Assembly (NCBI GenBank): GCA_958009085.1 | Contig: OY253677.1 | Location: 186,001-250,000 of the forward strand | Origin: Protoeuglena noctilucae | Taxonomy: Eukaryota | DNA: 64,000 nucleotides | Direction: 5' to 3' | Shown here: positions 52,427 through 64,000 of the stretch, in pieces | Layout: each line of letters begins with the position of its first letter | Position numbering within the stretch: position 1 is the first letter of the stretch | Program-made: the position numbers and the translations under genes | Notes under the pieces: model-generated | What the model was told of the DNA's origin: nothing | The model's database searches: none | What the model saw: the letters and a program-made list of their open reading frames with translations, nothing else

Positions 52427-53304
52427 TGCGCAGCGACCGTTAGGTATCGACGGGGTCGAGCGGGAATAATATCCTTGACCTGCGGGCGACGGAAGGGGGC
52501 GGCGCGCTCTCCCAGGGTGCTCGACATCTGCAGAAAGACGCGTGGTGAGGCCTGCGGCCCCCCTGGGAGCCGCAAAATCAAAAACACTCCCCCGCCCCAG
52601 GAGCGCGCCCGTGCGCCCGCGTGAGGCGGAAAGGGCGCGCGCGCGCGCAGGAGGCCATAAAAAAGACGAGGGGCAGGAGCGGGCGGGGCGGAGCGCGGCA
52701 ATCGTCGGCACGGGAGGTGGCAACAACCGCGCGGCCCGGGCGCGCGGCGGCAGCCCGGGTCGCCGTCCGCATGCCTCTATCGAAGCTTCCGGTCATTTTC
52801 GACCCGAAGCGAGCTCCCGGCGACCCGCACATGCAAGAGCTCCCGTGGGCTCGCGTAGTTCACGTGCCCGGCCGGGTACGACGCCCGTTCGGCGAACGTG
52901 CGAGGAGATGCACTAAAGAGAGAGATTTATGTGCCGTGGGGCGGTGCAGGTCGGCCGGGGCGCGATGCCGTCCTCACCGCGGGTCGAGTTGTCGTTAGGC
53001 GCTGGGGAGGCGCAGGCGGGCTGCCTGGCGCGCTCGGCGATGATGGGTGACGCTGCAATGCGAATTCGCGGCCGGCTGGCCGACCGGAGGCACTCGAACG
53101 CGAAGATATTTGCAAGTCTCAGGTCGTTGCGGCGCCAGTCGCACGGAAGGCCGCGCCTTCGACGTGACAAAGCCATTTTCTGCTTCATCTACCGCAAATA
53201 TGCACTGGGATCAGGCGGCGGACCCGTCACAACCGCTCTCGAAGAAGCAACAAAGCAGGTATCGCCCCGCTGCAGCCACGACGCTCCCGGCAGCGCCGCT
53301 CGAG

Positions 53305-54798
53305 TCACGGAAGCTCCGTGACGATGAGAGGAGGAACCAGCGAGTCCATGGGAGGCGACAGAACGGCGGAGATGTTCTCCACAAGCCGCAGCTCCCGGGC
53401 CTGGCACACGGGCGCCGTCCTGCATGGGCGAATCCGGCCGCATGTGGGCGGAGGAGCAACGGCCCGCGTCTCCTCGCCGCAGCGAAGGCGCTGCACTGGC
53501 CACCGAAGCCCCGTGTGTCCGTCTCACCGCGTGGTCGCGGACGCGGCTTGACCAGCGCGAGCGGCCGTGTCTCGCACGGCGGCCTGGAGCGTGGCTACGG
53601 CCCGCGTGAGCGCCCCAATCATGTCACCCGGCAAATTGTGCAGCCACGCCTGCGAGGAGGGCATGCAAGCACACGTCGTGGCGGCGCCGGACCAGGCCGG
53701 CTGCGTAGCTGCCAGTGATGGGGGATGCGGCTCGCCAGGAGGAGGGCGGAGAAAAAGTCCCCCGTGCCCGTGAAGTACGCAGGGATCTTCGGGAAGCGCA
53801 CGGTGCACCGCTGCGGCTTCCCAGGCGACTGGGGCTGCCTGGTCGAAGCAAAGACCACCAGCTCGTCGCCGCCGCTCCCTGACGCGATTGTCATGGACGT
53901 GATGACCACTGCGGACGGTGAGAGGGACGCGGGCCCGAATGACGGCGGACGCAGATGGCCCAGGAGACTCGGCAGGGCTGGGCCCGCAATCAACTGGTGC
54001 CTTCGCTGCAGCCAAGTCCGCCACCCCTGCAATGGTAGGCACCTGTGTGGGGTCCCCGCGCGTGGAGGGCATCGCAAGCCTGCTGCGCGCTCGCCAGCGA
54101 CGTGATTTGCACGCCGGTCAGCAGCTCTGCCTCGAACTGGTTGGGCGTCATGATGGACGCGGAGGGGACTGCCTTGTCGCGGTAGGTTGCCACCAGATCA
54201 GAGGAGACATACTGCGACGATGGGGATTTGGACAAGGTGCGGGCGACTGTGTGGGCGAGGGAACGGCACCCCCGTGGCGCACATGCAAGAGAAAGCCACG
54301 CACCAGGCGCCCGTCGTCGCCCATGACCGGATCGCACAGATACTCGAAGGACGTGTCTCGCGAGCAGGACGCCCTGCGGGGGCGGCGGACATCTGCCGGC
54401 TCGCATCCATCCCTGCGCGGGCTTGCCTTACGATCGGGAGCGCCTTCCGCGCCGTCAAGTCACCGCAGCTCCTGCGCGACAGCGACGGCCTGTTCCAAGA
54501 GCGACACGGAGCCGATGTAACCCGTCAGCATGTGCGTGTAGTCCGCGAGCAGCCCGTTCTCACGCAGGCCGCCGAGGATGTCAGCGAGCTGAGTGCCCCC
54601 GAGGGCAGGGACGCCCCCGGAGCGGAACACTGGGTACCCCGTGTGGTTGGAGAACTGGACCGAGTTGACGGGATCCACGTTGAAGCCCAGGACCTGGAGC
54701 GGGAGAACCGCGCACTTGTTTCCCACGTAGCCCGAGACGACGTGGGACTGGATGCTCAGGACCCTCGGAGGACGACCATCATCGGGCGCGCCCCGCAT
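53305..54798 (-). CDS. PDXK: Pyridoxal kinase
   Basis: RVLSIQSHVVSGYVGNK, NSVQFSNHTGY, LTGYIGS, CDPVMGDDG, TPNQFEAELLTG, FTGTGD, ELRLV. One intron needs the GC donor CTG|GCGAGC (53735-53650). Confidence 0.95.
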
Positions 54799-55096
54799 CT
54801 CAGTGCCTGGGCCGACGCGCGGCCCGGCGACCCGCAGAGGCGCACGCCCTGCCGCCCTCGTCGCTCTCCTGCCCAAAAAGGGTCAGCCGCCGCACGTTGG
54901 CGATCGCAAGGAATCTCTGGGAGAAACTGATCGCCTCAGGAGAGCCGCAGGAGGGCCGTCGCGCCGGGTTCCTGCGGTGTCGACAGCGCCAGTAAGTCAA
55001 CCAGTGTCACTCGGCCCTGAACAAGGGCGACTGCCTCGCCGTGGAGCGTCTGGGCTGTTACCTTGCGACAGGGGTGCCCATGTCCGGCTCACGGGC

Positions 55097-56822
55097 ATGC
55101 ACCGCTCCGTCGCAGGGGTCCACCAGGCATGGAGCCGTCCTCGTGCGTCTTTTGCGCGCTTGCCGGGCCATTTGGCGCGACGCATAGCAGTAAAGGCTTC
55201 TCCCTGCGATAGCGCCTGGCAATCCGCCGGTTTGGCCCTCGGTATCGACGCAGAGGGCTACGTGACCATTCAGAGCCCAGGGCGGGCGCCCGAGCACCTG
55301 GTATCGCTCGTAAACGCTGCACGGGAGCGCGGCCTGCAGCTTCCTCTAGCACTCTCCTTCCCCAAGGTGCTTCCTTGATTGCCATCCGCGTAGCGACCTA
55401 CCAGCCTAGGGCCTGCTGCAGACTGCCTGCATGCACCCGCCCCCAGGCCGCGAGAGCTTCCGCTGAAGAGCTCCTGAGCGTTTTTCTCGACGCATTGGCG
55501 GACCTGCCGGTCACGTGCACGCTGGCCTTCCCTCTCAAATGCAACAGCGACCCCGAGCTCATCGCCGTGAGCGGCTGGCCCCGCGCGCGGTGCCCTTCGG
55601 TCAGACCCGCTGGGCAGCAGCCTCTCGCACCCGGGCCTTTCTTTGGCCCCCACAGACCCTGGCGTCCACTCCTGGCGTTTCCTTCGAGGTCAGCACACCA
55701 GGCGACGTGGCGCAGCTCCTGTCTGCCCACCGCGAGGGGCTGCCGCTCAGCGGTCGCACCATCACGTGCCACGGGGTGAAGACCGCGTCGTACGTCCGCG
55801 CCCTGCGGGAGGCGCTCCTCCTTGGCCTCGACCTGACCGTGTACGTCGAGAACGATTGGGAGGTCGCAACGGTCTGCGAACTCGCCCACACGCACGAGGC
55901 CAAGGGCGCGTTGTCCCTCGGCCTGCGCCTCATGGCGCCATTTGCGAAGGAAGATGGGTCGATCTCCGCGGAGGCAGCCAAGTTCGGGCTTGCTTTCGAG
56001 GACGCCGTCGCAGCGGCCCTTCACGTCCGGAAGGCGGGCCTGGAGGACGCCCTGCGCATGGTGCATGTGCACGCGGGCAGCAACATCCAAGGCACGCGCC
56101 TTGGACAGGGGCGTGTGTGCCTGCGACCGTCGCCGCCATTACATGAACAGCCGCAGTTTCTCGTTCCTGCAGACGCTGACCACATGTACCGGGCGGTCCG
56201 GTCCGCGGTCGAGCTGTTCCAAGAGCTGCGGTGCCGCCAGGGGTTCCACGGGCTGGCGGGCGTCAATCTCGGCGGCGGCCTGCCCGCTGGGGCCGCGTCG
56301 CGACCGGATGCGCCGGGGGAGGGCGGCCCGCCGACTGCGCGTGGCATGGCCCGCACGGCTGCCGAAGCGCTGGCGGGGATTCGGGAGGCACTCGGCCCCG
56401 GCGGCGTGGAGGTGGTGGTCGAGGCCGGCCGCGCCGTGGCCGCACATCACGTGGCGATTGTGGTGGAGTGCGTGGGCGTGCGAGGCATGGGCACGTGTGG
56501 TGGCACGAGCCCGTTGGCCATGGCCATGTGCGACTTCTCCGTCTTCAGCGCCGTCCCGGACGCGTGGGGCCTCGGAGAACGCTTCCTGGCTCTCCCCCTG
56601 TGCGGGCTGCACCGCCCCGTCGCCTGGAGCGCCCGCATCGCCGATGCGACGTGCGACTCGGACGGGGTCCTGCCGGGCACCGTCGACTTCCCGGAGGGGT
56701 TCTTCGATCATGGGGACGCGCTCCCCCCCTGGGTCGGGGTTTTTGCGGTCGGCGCATACCAGCGCATGCTGGCGGGCCGGCACAACAACATCGGGCCGCC
56801 GACGCTCGTCCACTTTCACTGA
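55097..56822 (+). CDS. Divergent arginine-decarboxylase-like PLP enzyme (fold type III)
   Basis: GLQLPLALSFP, AFPLKCN (PLP Lys), CHGVK, KFGL, HVHAGSNI, NLGGGL, EAGRA, SVFSAVPDAWG, ADATCDSDG, GAYQ..GRHN. Introns ~55366-55446, ~55567-55655 and probably 56092-56172 (GC). Confidence 0.8.
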
Positions 56823-56827
56823 CGCCC

Positions 56828-56891
56828 GAGTTCGAGTGGCACAGGCGTTGAACAATCTAGAGTTCGAGTGGCACAGGCGTTGAACAATCTA
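56828..56891 (+). repeat. Perfect 32-bp tandem duplication
   Basis: GAGTTCGAGTGGCACAGGCGTTGAACAATCTA at 56828-56859 and 56860-56891. Confidence 0.95.
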
Positions 56892-57681
56892 TTGACGCGG
56901 AAACTGGCAGTAAAGAATGCGGCAGGGTAGGGGGCGAAAGAGTGACATGGGATAGGGATGGAGGGACGGGGCGCGACTGATCGTGAGACGATGGGAGGCA
57001 ACAGGCAGCGAGCAGGCAGCGTCCGGAAGATGTGCGGAGGGCTGCTCGAGATCGTGTGCGAGGGCCATGAGACTACGCCCGGCCTCCGGTCTAAGGCTAA
57101 GGGAGGGGTGGGAGCGTGAGGGTGCAAGGGAATACAACCGCCGCGTGCGCCAGAGCTGCGAGCGAGAAGGGCCGGTGTGTGATCCCAGAGACCCCCATGG
57201 GGCAACACGGGGTGGAATCGACTGCCATAGTGTGGGGTGGGCACTACCCAGAGGAGGCGCAGCGGGGCATCGAATGACAGAGCTAGCTAGCTCCCCAGCC
57301 TGATTGTGTGGTGGCAACAGGGCCCGTGCAATGTGGGACGAGTGATAGCCTTGCCAGGTCCCGCACGCGCGACCCACCTCAACGGTCGGGCTGCTTCTGT
57401 GAGATGCCCGGCCCGCTCGACCTGCTCCACCCTGCACCAGACACACGCCCCCCCACGTGCGCCACACCTCCCCAGCACCCGAACGGCTGCCACCGACCCT
57501 GCGCCGGCGCCTCAGGGGTACCTTCGCCGCCTGCGCTCAGCGACACCGTGGGAGTCGCCGTCAGACCCACGCTTGCGATTGCCCATGCCCGCACCCATCC
57601 ATGTTGAAGTAATGCTCCATGATTGAACAGTACTTGCTGACTCCCAGTCCTCCGCCCCGCGCCCTCACCATGCATGTTTGG

Positions 57682-59281
57682 TCAGCCGAGCTGGCTGCCA
57701 CTGCGCTCGGCCCGCAGCTGCCGCACCACCTCTGCCAGCCCCGGCTCCCCACCCGTGTTGACCAGGACAGCACCACGTTCAGCCAGCCGCAGAACCACCT
57801 CGCCTCTGTGCGGCAAGTCCCATGCAGCAGCGCATATGGGCGTTCTGCCCCACCTGTCCCGCACCTCCAGATCTGCCCCTGCATCCAGCAGCACGTCCAC
57901 GCATGCGGCGTGCCAGACCCGATGCAGGGGCGCCCAGCCAAACGAGTTAACAGCGTTGACGTCAGCCCCTGCCGCCAACAGCAGCCGCGTTATCTCTACT
58001 GCCGCCTCCTCTGGGTGGCATTCCACCGCGCAGTGAAGAGCGGTACGAGCTTCCCTGCTCCTGTGGCCGACTTCAGCCTCAAGCTCGATGAGAGAGCGCA
58101 CGGCGTCGACACGGCCATCAGAGCATGCGCTGTGAAGTGGAGACTTCTTGTTTTCATCGCCCTGGACGCTCACCCCATGCGCCGCGAGCCACCGCACCAC
58201 CTCCCCATTCGCCGCGTAATGCATCGCGGAGTGTGCGCACTTGTTCATGAGAGTCACTTCGACCCCCAGATCTACCAGGGCCTCCATGACGGCCAAGTTG
58301 CCCCTTCGTGCTCCAAGATGGAGGGCTGAAAAGCCTTCGCCATCCACTGCGTTCACGTCCGCCCCCGCCTCCGCCAGCCGCCTCACGATGCCCGGCGTCG
58401 GACGACTCTCGCACACCGCCACCAACGTCTGATCCCGGCCATCGCACCGAATGGTGGCCAACGCCCCCGCCTCCAGCAGCGCCTCCATCACCGCCTCGTG
58501 ACCCCCATATCCGGCATGCACCAACGCCGTCCACCAACCTCCATTTTCACCACCTCCCTCCGCATCCACCTCCGCCCCCGCTGCCAGGCACGCCTTCACT
58601 GCCTCCAGGCAGCCCCGCCCCGCGCAGTACGTCATCAGCGGCAACGCTCGGTAAAGCCGCCGGTTGACGTCCGCCCCCATCTCCGCCGCAACCCGCACCA
58701 TCCGCGCCACCTCCTCGTCCCCCAGCGCGTATGCCCACTCCATCTTGCCGTCCGCCCCGCGCCCAACCGGCCGCCGCGCCCGCACCGCCACCATCAGCGG
58801 CGACTGGTCGACGCCCTCCTCAGGCACGGCCCATGACATGCCGTTGACGTCCGGCGCCTCCATCACCAGCACCGCCAGCCACCACAGCCCCAAGCTCGCC
58901 AGGTGGTGTGCGTGGGACCCGCCAAAGACGCTCACAGCCAGCGGGCCAAAGTTGAGTACGTGATCGCTCGTGCCGAGAATGCACTCGGTGACGATCTCTG
59001 TTTCGTCCACCTCCGTGGCCCGGATGCCCCACGCCCTCCACGCCTCGTCCACCTCGTCTCGCATGTCCCTCGACACCGCACGCGCCGCCGTCGCGTCGCG
59101 CAGGGGCACCATCCGCAGGATCTCACGATGCAGCTCCCCGGGCAGGTCAGCCCACCCTGCGCAAACGATTAAGCCCACGTGGGGTGCCCTAGCTCGCCAT
59201 CCTGGCAAAGGAATGCACTGGATGGCCTCGCTGCAGCGCCTTACCCACGATCGTTGCCTCCGCCGACGCCGTCATCTCCAT
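57682..59281 (-). CDS. F-box plus ankyrin-repeat protein
   Basis: F-box WADLPGELHREILRMVPLRD followed by several ankyrin repeats (GADVNAVDGEGFSALHLGA, GADVNAVNSFGWAPLH, GRTPICAA). A short first exon, intron 59244-59157, then one ~1.5 kb exon. Confidence 0.85.
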
Positions 59282-60249
59282 GCACTCCAACAACCGGCCT
59301 CCACCGGCCACCTCCTCGCCCCGCCTGCGGAGGGCACGCCCGCCGTGCACCATCACACGCATGCCCAGACACACTCAAAGAGCTCAGGAGCAGCGTCAGA
59401 GCCCTTCTGCCCGGCGTCCTCCTGCCAAGTAGCTGCGCATCCACTCACGCGTCCTGTACCCGGCCCCCTCGGCCCCGGAACGGTGCGGCACGGACGAAGA
59501 TTTGCCGAGTCGACGCCTCTCTTGCCCACGACTTCACCCTCCCAGCCCCCCACACCCTGAGGTTGTCAATGGCAACTTTACCATAAGACCACGAGCTCGG
59601 CATGGTGAGGAGCCTGGGCGCCACATCCGGCGGTGTCAGTGGCTGGCACGGGGTGGCCCTGTGCGCCCTCAAAGAAAGTGCGCGGCGCGGCGTGCGCCTC
59701 CGCACAATACATGCCCCGCACAAAATACAATACTCAGCGGCAAATTGTCTGTCCGCTTCGTGGAGATTCATCGACTCGCCCGCTGTTCCAGGCGACGAAA
59801 CCGCATTAGGTGACAAGCGATTGATCAAGCGTTCTATCTGTCACCTTCACAACGCGCCCGTCTTTTCTGCTGCTATCCACGGAAATCACGGAATCAGAGG
59901 GTTTTGGGGTGGCTGCATCTCAGCCGCTCGGCCTGGGCATGAGAGCGCTGCTTGATGTGCTCAGTGTAGACTTGGTGTTCATTTCAAGAGGCTCGAAGCC
60001 TGCGTGGGACGCTGGGGCGCTGGGTTGCTTTTGCGCGCTGCGCCCTGCGTGCCTGTGGTCCTCAGCTCGCGCATGGCGATCCCGGCCCCTGCTGATGGAC
60101 TTGCGCGATTCCTCAATGCACCTGCACCGGCGGTGCTTTGGATCTCAGAGGATCATAGGAGCTGGGCCCCTGCGCCGCAGGGCACAACACGAGCGAGCCA
60201 GCAGCGGTAGGACAGCGGTGGGAGAGCCCTCCCTCGCGGGGAGCGGATC

Positions 60250-63200
60250 ATGGCCGGGGAGGACATGGGCGCCAGCCAGGTCAACTCGGAGGTGTCCCTC
60301 CCGGAGGGCCGCTCCTTGAAGGCGTCGTTCCATCGCCAGACGCGGGCGATTTCCGCAAGCAGTGGATCTTCCAATGGCGCAACCGAGGGCAAAACTTCTT
60401 GTGCGTTGCCGCGCCGATGCTGCAGCGACGCCCTCCGGCTCGGTGCATTAGGGTCGCGAAGGATTCCACGCTACGCCTCCCGCAGCCTGCTCTTCACCCC
60501 TATCTTCTTCTGCATATCCATGCTCATCGGCCAGAAGATCGTGAACATTCTCCTGTCCGGATCGGACCTCCACTGTGGCCAGAAGTGCACCGTGTGCTGC
60601 AACGACGCGGCCAAGACGGACTGCTACGACGTGACGGGCGACGCCTACTGCGACACCACGTACCAATACTGGTGAAATGCGGCACCTCCTGCACTCGCTT
60701 TTGCTTCTAAGGGGCAGCTTCTGAACGGCACTGCGCGTCGCCTGCTCCGGCGACAGAGTTGGCATAGCCACGAGGGCCCATACGTGCCACGCATCCCGGC
60801 TCAGCACACCGAGGGCTTCGTCCCCGCAGCAAGGAGCGTGACCCCAACATCTCGGGCATCGCGTACTCGGACCCCTCCCAGGCCGGCTTCTGCGCCGTGG
60901 AGTACCCTGCGCCGTGGCCCGTCGTCTACCACGTCCCTGAGGTGCGCGCTGGTGCCCAGGGTGCTGACTAACCCTTGCCGAGACGGGTTGCCCCAGGATC
61001 AGCCCTCTTGCCCCTCGCAGGCCAGCTACCGCGCCTCCCCGGACCGCCCGGCCATCGACATCCTCTACACGGGCAGCGACGCGACCCAGGCCCAGAGCCA
61101 CACGGCCAACATGATCCCGGCCTTCGCCGGCGCCTCCACGACGTCGTCGCCCAACGGCCAGGACCTCGCGACGGCCATGACGACCTCGGCCATCACCACC
61201 GTGACCGCCGACGGCCCCACGGTGTACGCGCTGAACAAGGGCATTGCGCCCGCGGTCATTGCCCAGCCGTCGCTCGCGCCCTTCCTGGCGACGGTGGAGC
61301 AGACCCCGGGGGCGTTGACGTATCAGGAGGACAAGGCCTGGACGGGGCTGTCGAAGAAGAACGCCGTCGGTGTGGTGACGAACGACTGTTCGGCGCTGGT
61401 CGCCTGGGCCGAGACCCAAGTCAACGCCACCACTTGGAACGGCTGGAACTATCAGGTGCGCGGTGGTGATACTGTGCCGTCTGCGGTGGCAGACGGACGC
61501 GCGACGCGACGCAAGAGCGGGAACCCTCCGTGCGCTCTCAGACGGACGAAGACCAAGGGGAGACCTACTGGACCACGGTCCTGGATGCCAAGTACCTCTC
61601 GTGCATTGACGCGTCCCCCAAGGAGCTGGCGTCCGCGTCAGGCGAGTCGCACGGCCGGGACGTAGCATGCGTAGCTCACACCTGAGGAACGGACCCTGAG
61701 AGCTTTGATCCGCCTGGCATGTCCCAGACTGTACCGTGGGAGCCCACGCCACCTTGTCGTGCCCCGCAGCGGTCAATGCGGCGCTCTTCTGTGGCTACCG
61801 CCAGGCGTCGGGGTCGTGCGGGCGGAGGCATCCGGAGGCCGAAGAGTACCCGGCAGCGTTCGACTGGCGCGACTCGGGGCCATCGCGTGCAGCCTTCCGC
61901 GTGTGGCTCAACACGACGACGGACAGCAGCAACAATGGCGCACCCGTGGTGCCCCTTCGCGTCCTCAAGCCCTTCGACCTCGCCCTCCAGTCCTGGCTCA
62001 AGACCCACCTGGGCCCCGAGTACTCCGCCACCACGGTGAGGGCAGAGACGCTGGCAAACTTGCCTGCCTACTCTCCTCACGCTTCGTCTCAGGTCTTGGG
62101 ACAGCCGCACACAGCTGACTGTCCAACGATTCGCCGCGCGCATCCACTGTCTGTTTGTAGTGCGCTCTCTGCTGGACTCTGCTGGACTCTGCTGCAGCAT
62201 CGCGTGGCTTGGCTGGGGTCCTGCGAGTGGCTCTCGCTTGCCGGTCCGCACGTCTCTATGACGCACCCCATGCGGCCCCTGTTCCGTCCGCAGCTGTACA
62301 TCAAGGAGATGCCCAAGGGGGCGAGCGATCTGCGGCTGGACTTCTCGTCCCTCCTGGGCCCTCTCTTCTTCCTCTGGGTGCTGGGACTGCCCTTCCCGGG
62401 TGAGGCAGCCACTGGGTGTCGGATACCGACACAGGCGCGTGTCCCTATGCTTGTCCCTCTGCTTCCTGTGGGTGCTGGGCTTGCCCTTCGGCGCTTCGCC
62501 AAAGCGTGCTTCGCTCCGCCCGCCCCCGCAGTCATGTTGCTGTCGTTGGTGTACGAGAAGGAGAACCGCCTGCGCATCATGATGAAGATGCACGGGTTGT
62601 CGGACAACAGCTACTGGATGGTTTCGTACATGTGGTGGATCATGATCACCATCATCTACTCCCTGTTCCTGCTCATCTTCGGCAACATCATCAACCTCAA
62701 CTTCTTCCGGGACAACGACTTTGGCATTAAGTTCATCTTCGTCATCGCGGCGCAGCACGCCCAGGTCGCCACCGCCTTCCTCCTGTCCTCCGTGTTCAAG
62801 TCCAGCCGCACCGCCACGATCTTCGGGTACATCTGGATCCTCGGGTCGGGCATCTTCGCCGCAAACATCATGAACACGTTCATCGACGAGGGGCGCAAGT
62901 GGGTCCCGGCCATCGAGCTCATCCCGACCTTCGGCATCTACCGCGGCCTGTACGAGATGTCCCAGTACGCATTCCGCGGCCAGTACCGCGGCGGGAAGGG
63001 CCTCACCTGGTCCAACCTCAGCGACCCCAACAACGGCATGGGGCGAGTCATGGGGGTCTTTATGCTCGAGTTCTTCGTAGCCATGCCCCTGGCGTGGTAC
63101 CTCGAGCAGGCGAGTGGGGGAGTGAGAGAGTGGAGGGGCAGGAGGGGGCATTGTTGCCTGGGAAGGCACACCAGCGTCCCCACCTTCTCGCCTGGCCCCG

Positions 63201-64000
63201 CAGGTGGTCGACGACTCCACGGGCGTGCGCCGCCACTGGCTCTTCTTCCTGCAACGCAAGAGGAAGGACGGGTTCGAGAAGGACACCGCGACCCCCACCG
63301 TTACCGCGAGGGAGCTCCTGGGCGGGGAGGATGTCATGGCGGAGCGTGAGCTTGCCCACAACCTGAGCGAGGTGCGCGGATGCCTGCGTGCCATGCCAGG
63401 CACAACGTGTCGGTGTTAGCGCTCGACTGGTCTTGATGACTGGTGGCATTGCAGGGCCCCTGTGTTAGGTTGCTGTGTCTACCTTGTCTGCAGGAGGACG
63501 CGTCCGAGTACCCCATCATCATCAAGGACCTCCACAAGGTGTTCCCGGGCCAAGACGGCAACCCTCCCAAGATGGCGGTCAAGAGTCTGTCCATGGCTGT
63601 GCGGCGCGGGGAGGTGCTGGGCCTCCTGGGGCCCAACGGGGCGGGTGAGTGGGCGAGGAAAGGGAGTCACGGGTTGCGATGTATGCCAACCACGCATGCC
63701 GGGCCAGCTCACGTGCGAGGTTCAGTCGTTGCAGTGCCTTGCCCGGGCGTCCTCTGTTTGGCAGCCCTGCAGCCGTGCCCCGTCCTCGCCCTCTGGACTC
63801 CCTCTCTCTGCCGCCCTTGTTTGCAGGCAAGACGACGTCCATCCACATGATGGTGGGCTTCCTGGAGCCGTCGGGCGGCACGGCGCTCGTGGACGGCATG
63901 AGCATCCGCGAGGACATGGACGCCGTCTACAGCAGCATGGGGGTATGCCCTCAGCACGATCTCCTCTGGCACAGCCTCACGGGCCGGGAGCACCTGGACT
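60250..64000 (+). CDS. ABC transporter subfamily A (plant ABCA-like), partial at window end; apparent frameshift near 60350
   Basis: FRKQWIFQWRN, LVYEKENRLRIMMKMHGL, ELIPTFGIYRGLYE, AWYLEQ|V, Walker A LLGPNGA|GKTT, GVCPQHDLLW..LTGREHL. GC introns 61642-61769 and 63110-63203. Confidence 0.93.

Noticed and set aside
60673..60675. In-frame TGA in ABCA as selenocysteine or readthrough
   Set aside because: It lies within GT-AG intron 60672-60829. Splicing gives QYCKERDPNISGIAYSDP, which matches plant ABCA.

Overview
This is gene-dense, very GC-rich eukaryotic nuclear DNA from a green alga (Chlorophyta). The evidence is a PsbP-domain protein, plant-type CUL1, ABCA and AOX genes, and a TGTAA poly(A)-type signal. 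The window holds about 22 intron-rich genes, with most introns 60-280 nt: DNA2, an EF-hand protein, a CHI-fold protein, an Aurora-like kinase plus a pseudokinase relative, a DsbA-like protein, PPD3, UDP-galactopyranose mutase, farnesyltransferase beta, WrbA/FQR, CUL1, AOX, TOP2, DDX20, pyridoxal kinase, a divergent arginine-decarboxylase-like gene, an F-box/ankyrin protein, a partial ABCA and several orphans. All gene models were reconstructed by hand from conserved protein motifs; no searches were run. The main signals are: (1) roughly a quarter of introns (about 20 of about 80) need a non-canonical GC 5' splice site, mostly AG|GCGAG; (2) WrbA has an in-frame TAG inside its conserved C-terminal helix while every recognisable gene ends in TGA, suggesting possible UAG recoding; (3) a 47-bp tandem repeat multiplies a GC donor site in DNA2; (4) pyridoxal kinase sits head-to-head with a compact PLP-dependent decarboxylase. 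No rRNA, tRNA, CRISPR array or transposase was recognised.
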